This document shows, one piece after another, positions 17,802 to 26,864 of a DNA stretch of 46,522 nucleotides; within the stretch, counting starts at the first letter, position 1; each line of letters starts with the position of its first letter. The position numbers were made by a program, and so were the translations under genes. The notes beneath the pieces were generated by a model. It saw only the letters and a program-made list of their open reading frames with translations, was not told where the DNA came from and did no database searches. The DNA comes from a bacterium (lineage in GTDB: Bacteria > UBP14 > UBA6098), in assembly GCA_003645085.1 (NCBI GenBank), contig QNEE01000002.1, forward strand, positions 1 to 46,522, read 5' to 3'.

Positions 17802-18049
17802 AAAACAAAGACCAAACGAGCGAACGACCGCCACAAATAATAGATACGAAACGCAAAAAGTCAAATAAAAAGGTTTAATCGGGCGTTTGGGTTCACAGCG
17901 CAGTCGATTGTCTGACCGGCTTTTTGATTCGCAGTGGTCGAGGTCCATAATCGGCTGTATCTCGAACGGAAGGATATTATGTTTATTTACTCGATAACTC
18001 CTCCGTTATTATCGCTTGCAAACCGGCGAGAATATATTATTATTATGAG

Positions 18050-18841
18050 TTGAAAGAACCGGAGCGAACTTTGAATAGCCTTAAAAAATCCCTTATCGGC
18101 GTTAACGATTATTTCGCACTTATAGCGAGAGCTTTTGCGGGTATAGTCCGTCCGCCGTTTTATTTCTCGGAAGTGTTTCTTCAGATGGAGCATATCGGCG
18201 TGCAGTCGCTGCCGATTGTGCTTCTTACAAGCACATTTGTCGGGATGATACTGGCATATCAGTCTGGCTATGCTATGGCGGTTTTCGGTGCGAAAATATA
18301 CATAGGAACACTCGTAAGCCTTTCGCTTGTCAGGGAGCTAGGCCCCGTATTGGCCGCAGTCGTTGTTACCGGACGGATAGGAGCGGGAACCGCCGCAGAA
18401 CTCGGCAGTATGGTCGTTACCGAGCAGATAGACGCTATGCGGGCGATGGCAACCGACCCGATTAAAAAACTCGTATCGACGCGGCTTCTCGCGGGGCTAA
18501 TAATGATACCGCTTCTTGTTATTGTAGCCGATTTGATGGGTATTCTCGGCGGTGGGTTTATCGCCTCCAGCACGTTCGGAATTTCGCCGGTATTCTATAA
18601 GAAGACCATAATCGAAGCACTCTGTGTGGAGGATATAGTAATGTCGATGGCAAAGGCCGTATTTTTCTCTGTTCTGATTATGACTATCGGCTGTTATTCG
18701 GGACTTTATGTCGAGGGTGGAACGACCGGAGTGGGTCGTGCCACGACGAAAGCGGTCGTTTTGACTATCGTCCTTATATTAGTTAGCGATTATTTCCTGA
18801 CCGTTATTTTACTTAAGATGTTACCCGGATTGGCATTCTGA
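18050..18841 (+). CDS. mlaE: MlaE-family ABC permease
   Basis: IGVQSLPIV, RELGPVLAAVVVTGRIGAG.AAELGSM.VTEQIDA, GGTTGVGRATT; start codon uncertain. Confidence 0.93.
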   Translation: MKEPERTLNSLKKSLIGVNDYFALIARAFAGIVRPPFYFSEVFLQMEHIGVQSLPIVLLTSTFVGMILAYQSGYAMAVFGAKIYIGTLVSLSLVRELGPVLAAVVVTGRIGAGTAAELGSMVVTEQIDAMRAMATDPIKKLVSTRLLAGLIMIPLLVIVADLMGILGGGFIASSTFGISPVFYKKTIIEALCVEDIVMSMAKAVFFSVLIMTIGCYSGLYVEGGTTGVGRATTKAVVLTIVLILVSDYFLTVILLKMLPGLAF

Positions 18842-18859
18842 TTCGAGGCCTATATTAAA

Positions 18860-19600
18860 ATGATAGAGCTTAAGGATATATACAAGAGCTTCGACGACCT
18901 CGAGGTGCTGAAGGGACTCGACCTCGAAATCAAAGACGGCGAAACGCTTCTCGTTATGGGTAAATCGGGATGCGGCAAATCGGTTATGCTCAAAATTATC
19001 TTGCGGCTTTTATCCCCCGATTCGGGTAAAATAATTATCGATGGCGTGGACACGACCTTTTTCTCGGAGTTTCAGATGGTCTCCGTCAGGAAAAATTTTG
19101 GGATGCTCTTCCAGGCCGGCGCGCTTTTCGACTCGATGACGGTGTGGCAAAATATCGCTTATCCACTTCTGGAACATACCGATACCCCTGTGTCCGAGAT
19201 AGACGAGAGAATATACGAACTGCTGACTTTCGTCGGTATGGAGGGCAATCAAACAAAATACCCGAACGAGCTTTCGGGCGGAATGCAGAAGCGTGTGGCG
19301 CTCGCACGGGCACTCATAATGATGCCGAATTACGTTTTGTTCGACGAGCCGACGACCGGACTGGACCCCGTAACGGCCGGCCTAATCAATGAGCTTATTA
19401 TTAGAACCCGAGAGCGATACGGTGTAACTTCGATAGTCGTAACGCACGATTTGGCAAGCGCGATGCGTGTGGGAACGCAATACGCATTTATGAGCGAAGG
19501 CAAGATAACGTTCACTGGAAGTCGCGCGCAAATATTCGAATCCGATAACCCCGCGTTGCGGGAATTTCTCAAGGATGCATCATGGCAAGACCGGTATTAA
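18860..19600 (+). CDS. mlaF: MlaF-family ABC ATPase
   Basis: GKSGCGKS, FGMLFQAGALFDSMTV, LSGGMQKRVALARA, DEPTTGLDP, VTHD. Confidence 0.93.
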   Translation: MIELKDIYKSFDDLEVLKGLDLEIKDGETLLVMGKSGCGKSVMLKIILRLLSPDSGKIIIDGVDTTFFSEFQMVSVRKNFGMLFQAGALFDSMTVWQNIAYPLLEHTDTPVSEIDERIYELLTFVGMEGNQTKYPNELSGGMQKRVALARALIMMPNYVLFDEPTTGLDPVTAGLINELIIRTRERYGVTSIVVTHDLASAMRVGTQYAFMSEGKITFTGSRAQIFESDNPALREFLKDASWQDRY

Positions 19601-20562
19601 GAACGACCCCTGCACAAAAGGCCTCTGTCGGGGGACTTATTGTGGTCGCTTTGCTTATTCTGGCCGTAGCGATAATTATCCTCGGCGGCGAGCAGGGATT
19701 TTTAAAAAGAAAATACGAAATCAAAGCGCGGTTCAAGCGCATAAGCGGACTCCAAGCGGGCTCACCCGTCTGGCTTTCGGGCAAAAAGGTCGGTTCTGTT
19801 TCCAAGATAACCTTTGTCCGCGACGCAGGGGATACCGTTTTTATCGATGTCAGTATGATGATTAACGGCGGTGTCCGCGACCTTATCCGGAGCGACTCCG
19901 AAGCGCGGATAGCTACGCTGGGCCTTCTCGGCGACAAGTATGTCGGGATAACCCTCGGGCATCCCGATTCCGCAGAAATCAAACCCGGCGAGTATGTAAA
20001 AACGAACAACCCTATCGATTTCGAGGAGCTAATCGGCAAAGGGGTCGAGACGTTCGAAGACCTTTCGATAGGCGGAAAACACCTCGTTTCTATCGCGGCC
20101 AAACTGGACTCCGGTCAGGGCACGCTAGGGAAATTAATCAATGACCCGGATATTTATTTCGACATTGCCCGGCTGGCCGACTACAGCGAGAAAATAGCCG
20201 GGCGCATCGAGAGAAACGAAGGCACAATCGGAAGGCTTTTCAACGACCCAAAGCTTTACGATAATATCGTTGGTGTTGTCGAGAGAACTAGCAGTTTCCT
20301 CGATACGCTCAAGGCCGGCAACGGGACCATCGGCAGGCTTGTCAAAGACCCGGGATTATACGACCATCTGACAGCCTCTCTCGGACGGATAGACACGCTG
20401 GTGGCGCGTGTCGAACGCGGCGAGGGCACAACAGGCAAACTTATCTCCGACGACGAGTTGTATAATCATATTTATAATTCCGTAACCACGCTCGATTCGC
20501 TTCTGCTCGATATTAAAAATAACCCCGAAGGATATTTCAAGGTTAAGGTAACGCTTTTTTAG
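19582..20562 (+). CDS. mlaD: MlaD/MCE-family protein with a repeat-containing helical C-terminus
   Basis: N-terminal TM, GL..GSPVWLSG.KVGSV, TLGLLGDKYV.I..G; four GTxGxLxxDxxxY repeats. Confidence 0.88.
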   Translation: MARPVLRTTPAQKASVGGLIVVALLILAVAIIILGGEQGFLKRKYEIKARFKRISGLQAGSPVWLSGKKVGSVSKITFVRDAGDTVFIDVSMMINGGVRDLIRSDSEARIATLGLLGDKYVGITLGHPDSAEIKPGEYVKTNNPIDFEELIGKGVETFEDLSIGGKHLVSIAAKLDSGQGTLGKLINDPDIYFDIARLADYSEKIAGRIERNEGTIGRLFNDPKLYDNIVGVVERTSSFLDTLKAGNGTIGRLVKDPGLYDHLTASLGRIDTLVARVERGEGTTGKLISDDELYNHIYNSVTTLDSLLLDIKNNPEGYFKVKVTLF

Positions 20563-20601
20563 GAATGGATATTTGTTACGGCACAAACGACCTGTGTAAA
20601 A

Positions 20602-20975
20602 TTGCATTTGTTGTGGATTTTAATGATAACCCTGATTTCCGTTCCACTATATGCTGGATTAATATTAATACGTAGCAGAATAATCGACAGCTCGTCGGGG
20701 GAACCGCTGACCAACGTGAACATCGAGGTTTCCGGGACCCCTGTCGACGCTATTACCAACTCTGATAAGGTTTTTCTATCGAGAACCTCGACCCCGGGCG
20801 ATACGATATTTTGTTTTCGTTCGTCGGATTAAACGTCGTAAACGGCAGGTAAATACGGCACCGGTCGAGTGGTCCCGAGGAACAAGAACCCGACGATTAT
20901 CAAGAACTCGACACCGGGCTTAATCTAACATTCGGCGGGCGTTACGAGATATTCGGGCTGTTATTCGCCGGGTAA
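20602..20975 (+). pseudogene. Collapsed remnant of a TonB-dependent receptor (N-terminal carboxypeptidase-regulatory-like domain, frameshifted, most of gene deleted)
   Basis: IIDSSSGEPLTNVNIEVSGT, then in another frame GFSIENLDPGRYDILFSFVG, then QELDTGLNLTFGGRYE; parallels the intact receptor at 37391-39625. Confidence 0.6.
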
Positions 20976-21001
20976 AGATTTCTCCCTCCAGTCGAAATGA
21001 C
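20975..21001. repeat. Right half of the GTCATTTCG...CGAAATGAC repeat
   Basis: aagatttctccctccagtcgaaatgac. Confidence 0.7.
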
Positions 21002-21134
21002 AAAAAAGTCTAAATTACTGAGAATAGGGGCTGAAAAAATATAGGGAAATGCCGGAACTATACGGGAATGGGATAATACTACGGACTGAACTCGTTATGA
21101 CTTGGCAAGTTGCACTGTCCTTTTAATTTATTAC

Positions 21135-21163
21135 TTGACATAACAGAAAATATTCCCTAATAT
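21135..21163 (+). promoter_or_regulatory. Sigma70-type promoter TTGACA-17-TAATAT
   Basis: ttgaca taacagaaaatattccc taatat; AAGGAGG SD before ATG 21201. Confidence 0.7.
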
Positions 21164-21200
21164 TTAATAAGATTGAGCGAATTACTATTAAGGAGGGGTT

Positions 21201-21941
21201 ATGAAAAACGCCCTGATAATATTTGCCGTTTTATTAGTTCCCGCTCTGACATTCGCTGTGCCGGACGACCCCGGTTTCGGCGTCTATATCGCTCCGATGA
21301 TTGCATCGGGGCATTTCGGGATTAAGGCCTATAATCTCCCGATAGCGAGCACTATCTCTGGCAGCACAAGTGTATCACCTTCGCCGTTCCCGCAGGAAGC
21401 CGACAGGCGACTCTCGGTCGGAGCCAAACTCGGGTTGTTCTACCGCCCTGACAACTACGAACGGCGGCATAGGTTCGACCTCGAAATCCAGGGGGACTAT
21501 TTCACAGGAGAATTCGGCTACCAGCAATATACTGCCGACACAACCGCGACCGGGAGTTACTCGACTGGCACACTGAAACTGACCGGGATAGGCGCAGTGG
21601 TTAGAATCCGCTGGTCGGGCGAGATACAGGAACGCTGGCAACCCTATGTTCATTTCGGCTACGCGGTAAATATGCTCACTTTCGGCAGCGCGAACGGATT
21701 GAGCCATGGCACCAATGTCGGCGCGGGTATGCGGGTTCGCCTCTGCAATAAGTATGCGTTTTATTTCGAATACGAAACAAGCCCAATGGGCCGGGTGGAA
21801 CTTCCTTTGAACGAGATAGACGCCACCCTCGGCGCAAATACCAACACCGATGTCGCTCTCGAACCCGGATACAGTCAGGTTACAGCGGCTTTCGAATTCC
21901 CCATATCTTTCTGCATAAGTTGCGACAATAGAAGACGCTAA
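21201..21941 (+). CDS. Exported hypothetical protein, probable outer-membrane beta-barrel
   Basis: Signal peptide; alternating beta-strand patterns (WQPYVHFGY, NVGAGMRVRL, YAFYFEY). Confidence 0.55.
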   Translation: MKNALIIFAVLLVPALTFAVPDDPGFGVYIAPMIASGHFGIKAYNLPIASTISGSTSVSPSPFPQEADRRLSVGAKLGLFYRPDNYERRHRFDLEIQGDYFTGEFGYQQYTADTTATGSYSTGTLKLTGIGAVVRIRWSGEIQERWQPYVHFGYAVNMLTFGSANGLSHGTNVGAGMRVRLCNKYAFYFEYETSPMGRVELPLNEIDATLGANTNTDVALEPGYSQVTAAFEFPISFCISCDNRRR

Positions 21942-21944
21942 CTT

Positions 21945-22808
21945 ATGGCTAAATATTATACAATTTTCTTATTACTCATCGCGGTCTGCCTCGGACGGGA
22001 ACCGTATTCGCGCGGCTCGGGTTATTCCGTAAGGGCAGACCTACCCGCCTATTCGGCGGATAGGTCGTTTCATCTGGGCCTATCTGTTTCCAGCCTCGTG
22101 GGAACGGGACCGCTCGGGCCCGACGTTACTGGCAGTGTCATCGAGGAGGCCGACCTCGGTGTATATACGATAAAAAATTTCCGCGAGGACTGGGGCTACC
22201 TGTGGGGCTTAGAGGTCGGCGGTTTTTTGCGCCTGCCGGACGGCGAACGGATAGAATTGCTCGTGGCTTTCGCGAAAACGAGCACGAGCCTCACCGCCAA
22301 CTACGATTTAAGGCAGGAAAGCGACTCCGTTATGACATACCGTCGCGACAGTCTGGCTATGGATATTATCGAGGTTACTCCAAGACTCCGTCTTTCGGCC
22401 GCGTTGCCATATGGTCTGGAGCCGTATATAGGACTGGGTCTGGCGTGCGACTTTTTCACAATCGAAGAGTTATACGAGGTTGACGGCATATTCGAGGACT
22501 CGCTGGGCGGCGAATTTACAGCGGATTTCACGAAAACCACCGACCTATACGCGACCGGCCTCGACCTGCTTCTCGGTATGAAGGTCCGGATTACGGATAA
22601 TGTCGCCTGTCATCTCGAAGCCGACGGCGTTTTTATGCCTAATAAGGATATCGAACTCGATGATATCGATAACACCGCCTATCCCGTGGACTCCGACGGT
22701 AACCCTCGCAAACCACTGGAAATAGACCTATTCCCGCGCGAGCACCGTGTAAGACTTCTTCACGTTACTGCACGGTTCGGTATCGAGGTTTCTTTCGACG
22801 TGAATTGA
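21945..22808 (+). CDS. Exported hypothetical protein, probable outer-membrane beta-barrel
   Basis: Signal peptide; LEPYIGLGL, GLDLLLGMKVRI, TARFGIEVSF. Confidence 0.55.
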   Translation: MAKYYTIFLLLIAVCLGREPYSRGSGYSVRADLPAYSADRSFHLGLSVSSLVGTGPLGPDVTGSVIEEADLGVYTIKNFREDWGYLWGLEVGGFLRLPDGERIELLVAFAKTSTSLTANYDLRQESDSVMTYRRDSLAMDIIEVTPRLRLSAALPYGLEPYIGLGLACDFFTIEELYEVDGIFEDSLGGEFTADFTKTTDLYATGLDLLLGMKVRITDNVACHLEADGVFMPNKDIELDDIDNTAYPVDSDGNPRKPLEIDLFPREHRVRLLHVTARFGIEVSFDVN

Positions 22809-22904
22809 TTACGACTTCCTACCGGTTTCCTCTAAGAACGCTGCATAGAGACGAATGTTTTATCGATTTCCCCTTAAGACGCCTGGCCTATTCAATATCG
22901 CGCT

Positions 22905-23612
22905 CTATCGGTCCTCCGGCGGGACGGTCATTCTCATAATATTATTGAGCGCGGGAGTCTCGAAATCACGAATCTCGCCGGTTATTTCGGTTTTGGCGCC
23001 TTCGCTGCCGTATCCAATCAGTTCCACGCCACCTTTTTCGGCCTGTTCGGCTTTGACTAAACCTATAATCGGCACATCGGAGGAGACCCACGCCGTAGTC
23101 AGTTCCTCGTCTTTAACGATAGTAACTTTATCCGTTTCGAACTTACCGGCGGGGACACTGACCTGAACCCCTTTCTCGACCGAATATTTCGCCGCTGTTT
23201 CATCCTTTTTTGCGCGTGTCGGTTTCGCCGCGACCTCTTTCGTCTCCAGCATAGAGTCCATTCTCAAAGCCTCCTCGCCCTTGCGCTGAACAACGAGCGA
23301 AACGTAGGTTCCCTTGTCGTCCGGGTCGGTCGCGGAGAAATTCGTTATAGTCCAGTTGCCCTCCTTGTCGGTCATCTTATACTCGAAAGAGAAATATTCT
23401 TTACCGTCGCGCTGTTCTTTCGAGATGATTGAGAACTTGACCGAACCGGCCTCTTTGCCTTCTTCTGTTATCCGATATTCGACCCACGCTCCCGGCTCGA
23501 ATTTCGGCGCGTATTCGAGGTTTTCCGGTAGATAGCCGAAGAAATCCAGCTGACCGAAAAGGGTTCCACAGAGCGCGATAACAAACAACGTCGCTACAAA
23601 TTTCCTTTCCAT
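22905..23612 (-). CDS. Exported hypothetical protein
   Basis: 235 aa with signal peptide, GAWVEY and VSVPAGKFET motifs; AAGGA SD. Confidence 0.6.
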   Translation of the reverse strand: MERKFVATLFVIALCGTLFGQLDFFGYLPENLEYAPKFEPGAWVEYRITEEGKEAGSVKFSIISKEQRDGKEYFSFEYKMTDKEGNWTITNFSATDPDDKGTYVSLVVQRKGEEALRMDSMLETKEVAAKPTRAKKDETAAKYSVEKGVQVSVPAGKFETDKVTIVKDEELTTAWVSSDVPIIGLVKAEQAEKGGVELIGYGSEGAKTEITGEIRDFETPALNNIMRMTVPPEDR

Positions 23613-23628
23613 CGTTTTTCCTTCCTTT

Positions 23629-24945
23629 CTATTTTGGTATTGGTCTGAGTTCTATAACGTTTTTATCGAACCACGTTGTTATCAACCAATCCTGAAAAAA
23701 GTTATATCCTATTATTCCATCGACTTTTGTGGGGAGACCCTCAATATCGAGGTGTGATAGGTCGCTTATCGCAATAATATAATCGCTCCGCGATACCGGC
23801 CCGATTCTCAGTTCTTTTGGGGTTATACTTTTGACGACCCTCTTCTCTTTGTCGGCTCCCATAAGTGTATCGGATTCGCCCGGTTCGTATGATTTTTCGG
23901 GCAGTTTTTCGAAAATCTCGGGCGTGATTACCCCACCTCCGGCTCCGCTGTCTAAAATTACGTTCGCGACTACACCCGGCGCGAATTCCGCGGCGACATA
24001 AAGCAGGTGCATCGTCCGCTCGAATCCTATCGTATGCGAAGGATTCGTCGATATTAGAGGGTCGGTTTCGTCCAGCGGTCTTCCGTTATCGTCGAGGCGG
24101 CTTAAGATAATTTTTCTCCCCGAATAATCCAGAGTCCACGCGAACCGCCCGAGGAAATCGGTGCCGAGAAGTCCGATTATCTCTGTATCGAGTGCGTCCG
24201 ACAGGTGCGAGATGTCCATAGTGATTGCCATTAAATTCTCTATCTCGATGTCTTCTATCTTGAGCAAATCCACGGTTACCGCGCCGGTGTTGCCGATTTC
24301 TCCGCTCACTCCCATCGCCTGGAGCGCTGCGAGGTCGCCCAGTGGCTCGAATCTGTCGGCGTAACGGGCATCGATAATCGAGATAGGCGTCCCGTTATCG
24401 ACTACGAAATTGACTGTAGAACCGTCCGAAAGCCCGGCTTCTATAACGATATGGTCTAACTCTGGCGCGAATTTTACCACCGTTCTCGCTGGCCCCGAAA
24501 CTGAAAAAACAAGGTCCTTGGTCGGGTCCTGGATAATCATAGGTTGAGCTACTCCCTGACCCAATTTAAGGATTTTCCATATACCATCTTCGGTTATAGC
24601 ATCGAACATATCGACACTTTCCTGTTGTATCCCGGATGACGAAACCAACGCCGATATAGTAATATGCGCGGTATCTCCCGAATATTCAACCTCGATTTCG
24701 TATATCTCCTCCAAATTGTAGACACCCGTAGATACGATTTGCTCCAGAACCAGAGTCGAAAGTTCCTGACCCGCTCCTGCGAAATCGAAATCTTTTGCGA
24801 GTTTGCCATCGAGAAATTCTACACTGCGTTCGTCCAGAGCCTGTTTATAAGCTGTAACCAGGTCCAGAATGCCTTCCGGAATATCTTCCGCAAAAGCGGC
24901 GGAAATGACAAGTAATAAAAATATAGCGACGAGACATTTTCTCAT
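23629..24945 (-). CDS. Secreted two-domain retropepsin-like aspartyl protease with an N-terminal extra domain
   Basis: FVVDNGTP...IIGLLGTDFL and VILDSGAG...DGIIGYNFF. Confidence 0.75.
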   Translation of the reverse strand: MRKCLVAIFLLLVISAAFAEDIPEGILDLVTAYKQALDERSVEFLDGKLAKDFDFAGAGQELSTLVLEQIVSTGVYNLEEIYEIEVEYSGDTAHITISALVSSSGIQQESVDMFDAITEDGIWKILKLGQGVAQPMIIQDPTKDLVFSVSGPARTVVKFAPELDHIVIEAGLSDGSTVNFVVDNGTPISIIDARYADRFEPLGDLAALQAMGVSGEIGNTGAVTVDLLKIEDIEIENLMAITMDISHLSDALDTEIIGLLGTDFLGRFAWTLDYSGRKIILSRLDDNGRPLDETDPLISTNPSHTIGFERTMHLLYVAAEFAPGVVANVILDSGAGGGVITPEIFEKLPEKSYEPGESDTLMGADKEKRVVKSITPKELRIGPVSRSDYIIAISDLSHLDIEGLPTKVDGIIGYNFFQDWLITTWFDKNVIELRPIPK

Positions 24946-24966
24946 ATTTCGACTCCGTTTTTTGTT

Positions 24967-25608
24967 TTACTCGGCGGTTCCGGCGGGCATTTCGTAATGC
25001 GCTCCGAAACGCCCCTCCCGAACCTCCATTCTCATCCAGTGGTCGCCGACCTGGTCGACGTAAACTCCGTTAAATACACCGTTGACCCATTTTTTCTCTG
25101 TGTTCACATTTGTTATAGTAATAAAGATATAACATGTTTCCCCGTTTAATGTTGCGACATAGTGCGTCGAGGCGGCTACGCCGGCGTATTTTTCGTTTTT
25201 TGGGTATGTTTTTATCGAATATGCTTTAAAATTCAGTCCCGCCGTTTCGGGTGGTTCTTTTGCTTCAGCAAGCCATTTCATCGCGAATGTCGGCTCGCGG
25301 CCCTTCTCGCCGGCAACAAGCGTGAAAAGCAGATGAGTGTAGTCGGCGCTCGCCGCGTCCCGTAATTCATAGCCGGTTTTGCCATCCTCCCGTTCGAATG
25401 TAATAGCTTTTTCGACATATATTCTCGCCTGACCAAACTCTACTAATTCCCCGTTAAGATACACACTTATCTCGAACCCTCCCACAGGTCCTTTTCCGCA
25501 CGAAACGAGTAGCAAAAAACCCGCCAATACGACCACATAACAACCCGTTCCGAACAGGTTTATTAGCGGAAAAAGCGACCGATTATATTCCTTGTATTCC
25601 CTCGACAT
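24967..25608 (-). CDS. Hypothetical lipoprotein
   Basis: Lipobox-like LLLVSC; start uncertain (overlaps ktrA by 26 nt). Confidence 0.5.
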   Translation of the reverse strand: MSREYKEYNRSLFPLINLFGTGCYVVVLAGFLLLVSCGKGPVGGFEISVYLNGELVEFGQARIYVEKAITFEREDGKTGYELRDAASADYTHLLFTLVAGEKGREPTFAMKWLAEAKEPPETAGLNFKAYSIKTYPKNEKYAGVAASTHYVATLNGETCYIFITITNVNTEKKWVNGVFNGVYVDQVGDHWMRMEVREGRFGAHYEMPAGTAE

Positions 25609-26245
25609 CCTTTTCGGTTCCCAGAATTACTAATTTATCTCCGGGATGTATAATTTCTCCTGCACCGGGAACCACTACAACTTTCGGCCCGGCTTCAGCC
25701 CCGGCGCGCTTTATAGCCAGCAACTCGACACCGTATTCACGCCTAAGGTTCAAATCGGCGAGGCTCTTATTTTCGAAAAGTTCGGGGGCGATAAGCTCGA
25801 CTATACTGTAACCCTCGGTCAGCGGAATATGGTCGATTATATTGGGTGCAGCGAGCGCCATAGCGATTCGTTCCGCCATTTCTCTCTCCGGGAATATAAC
25901 CCGGTGGGCGCCGACCACGGTAAGTATTCTTTTATGTTCTTCCGAAACACCCTTAACTACAATCTCTTCGACTCCGCATTCGGCCAGATTAAGCGTAACG
26001 AGAACGCTTGCCTCGATATCGTCGCCGAGAGCTATCAGCGCGACGTCCACATCGGCTATACCGCTGCTGACGATAAAAGAAGAATCGGTAACGTCCCCTA
26101 CAATGGCGTGAGTTACCTCGTCTCTTAAATCGTCGACCCTCGCAGGGTTTCTATCTACCGCTATTACTGGCACTCCCTTCGAACCTAGCGTTCGGGCTAC
26201 GGTCGAACCGAAATTGCCCAGTCCGATTATAGCGAACTGGCGCAT
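25583..26245 (-). CDS. ktrA: TrkA/KtrA-family K+ uptake RCK regulatory subunit
   Basis: IIGLGNFG, HAIVGDVTD, VGAHRVIFPEREMAERIA, C-terminal RCK_C. Confidence 0.9.
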   Translation of the reverse strand: MRQFAIIGLGNFGSTVARTLGSKGVPVIAVDRNPARVDDLRDEVTHAIVGDVTDSSFIVSSGIADVDVALIALGDDIEASVLVTLNLAECGVEEIVVKGVSEEHKRILTVVGAHRVIFPEREMAERIAMALAAPNIIDHIPLTEGYSIVELIAPELFENKSLADLNLRREYGVELLAIKRAGAEAGPKVVVVPGAGEIIHPGDKLVILGTEKDVEGIQGI

Positions 26246-26246
26246 A

Positions 26247-26864
26247 TTACCCTCCTTGTTTCTTTTGCGAAAGCAAATCTTTATACCGTTGATAGTATAA
26301 AATTCCTGAAATAATCGTCAAAATAATCGCTATCGGCAGCAGTATCCATTTGAGTAATTCGATATCCATTATTGCTGCAATAAAAACTATCCCCCAGGTA
26401 AGGGGGGTAATCCGCCCGATTATTATCGGTGTAACGAGTGTTCCGTAGTTTAGAAAAATTCTCAATCCAAAAACGAGAATCGCCAGGTCTCTTAACACTA
26501 TAACGACTATCGCCCAGACTGGCAACCATCCGCGGAAAACAAGATAGACTGCCAGAGAGTTTATAATCAGTTTATCTACTACCGGGTCCATTATCGCGCC
26601 AACCAGAGAAATCTGGCGAAGCGCTCGTGCGAGAATACCGTCGAGAATATCCGACAGAAGCATACAGGAACCCAGTATCAATGCCGGAACCGGACCGAAC
26701 CTATCTATTCTGTTAATAAACCAGATAAGAAAAGGCAATCCGATAAGTCTCGATAAAGTTAGGATATTCGGGACTGTCAGAATACGGTCGCTGTAGACTA
26801 CGCTGTCGTTTCGGCGATGGTAGTCTTTTGCGAAATAGTCTATACCGTTTTCGTTCGGTGTCAT
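26247..26864 (-). CDS. CDP-alcohol phosphatidyltransferase (PgsA/cardiolipin synthase-like)
   Basis: TVPNILTLSRL, SDILDGILARAL...GAIMDPVVDK (DGxxAR..G..xDP..D motif). Confidence 0.9.
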   Translation of the reverse strand: MTPNENGIDYFAKDYHRRNDSVVYSDRILTVPNILTLSRLIGLPFLIWFINRIDRFGPVPALILGSCMLLSDILDGILARALRQISLVGAIMDPVVDKLIINSLAVYLVFRGWLPVWAIVVIVLRDLAILVFGLRIFLNYGTLVTPIIIGRITPLTWGIVFIAAIMDIELLKWILLPIAIILTIISGILYYQRYKDLLSQKKQGG

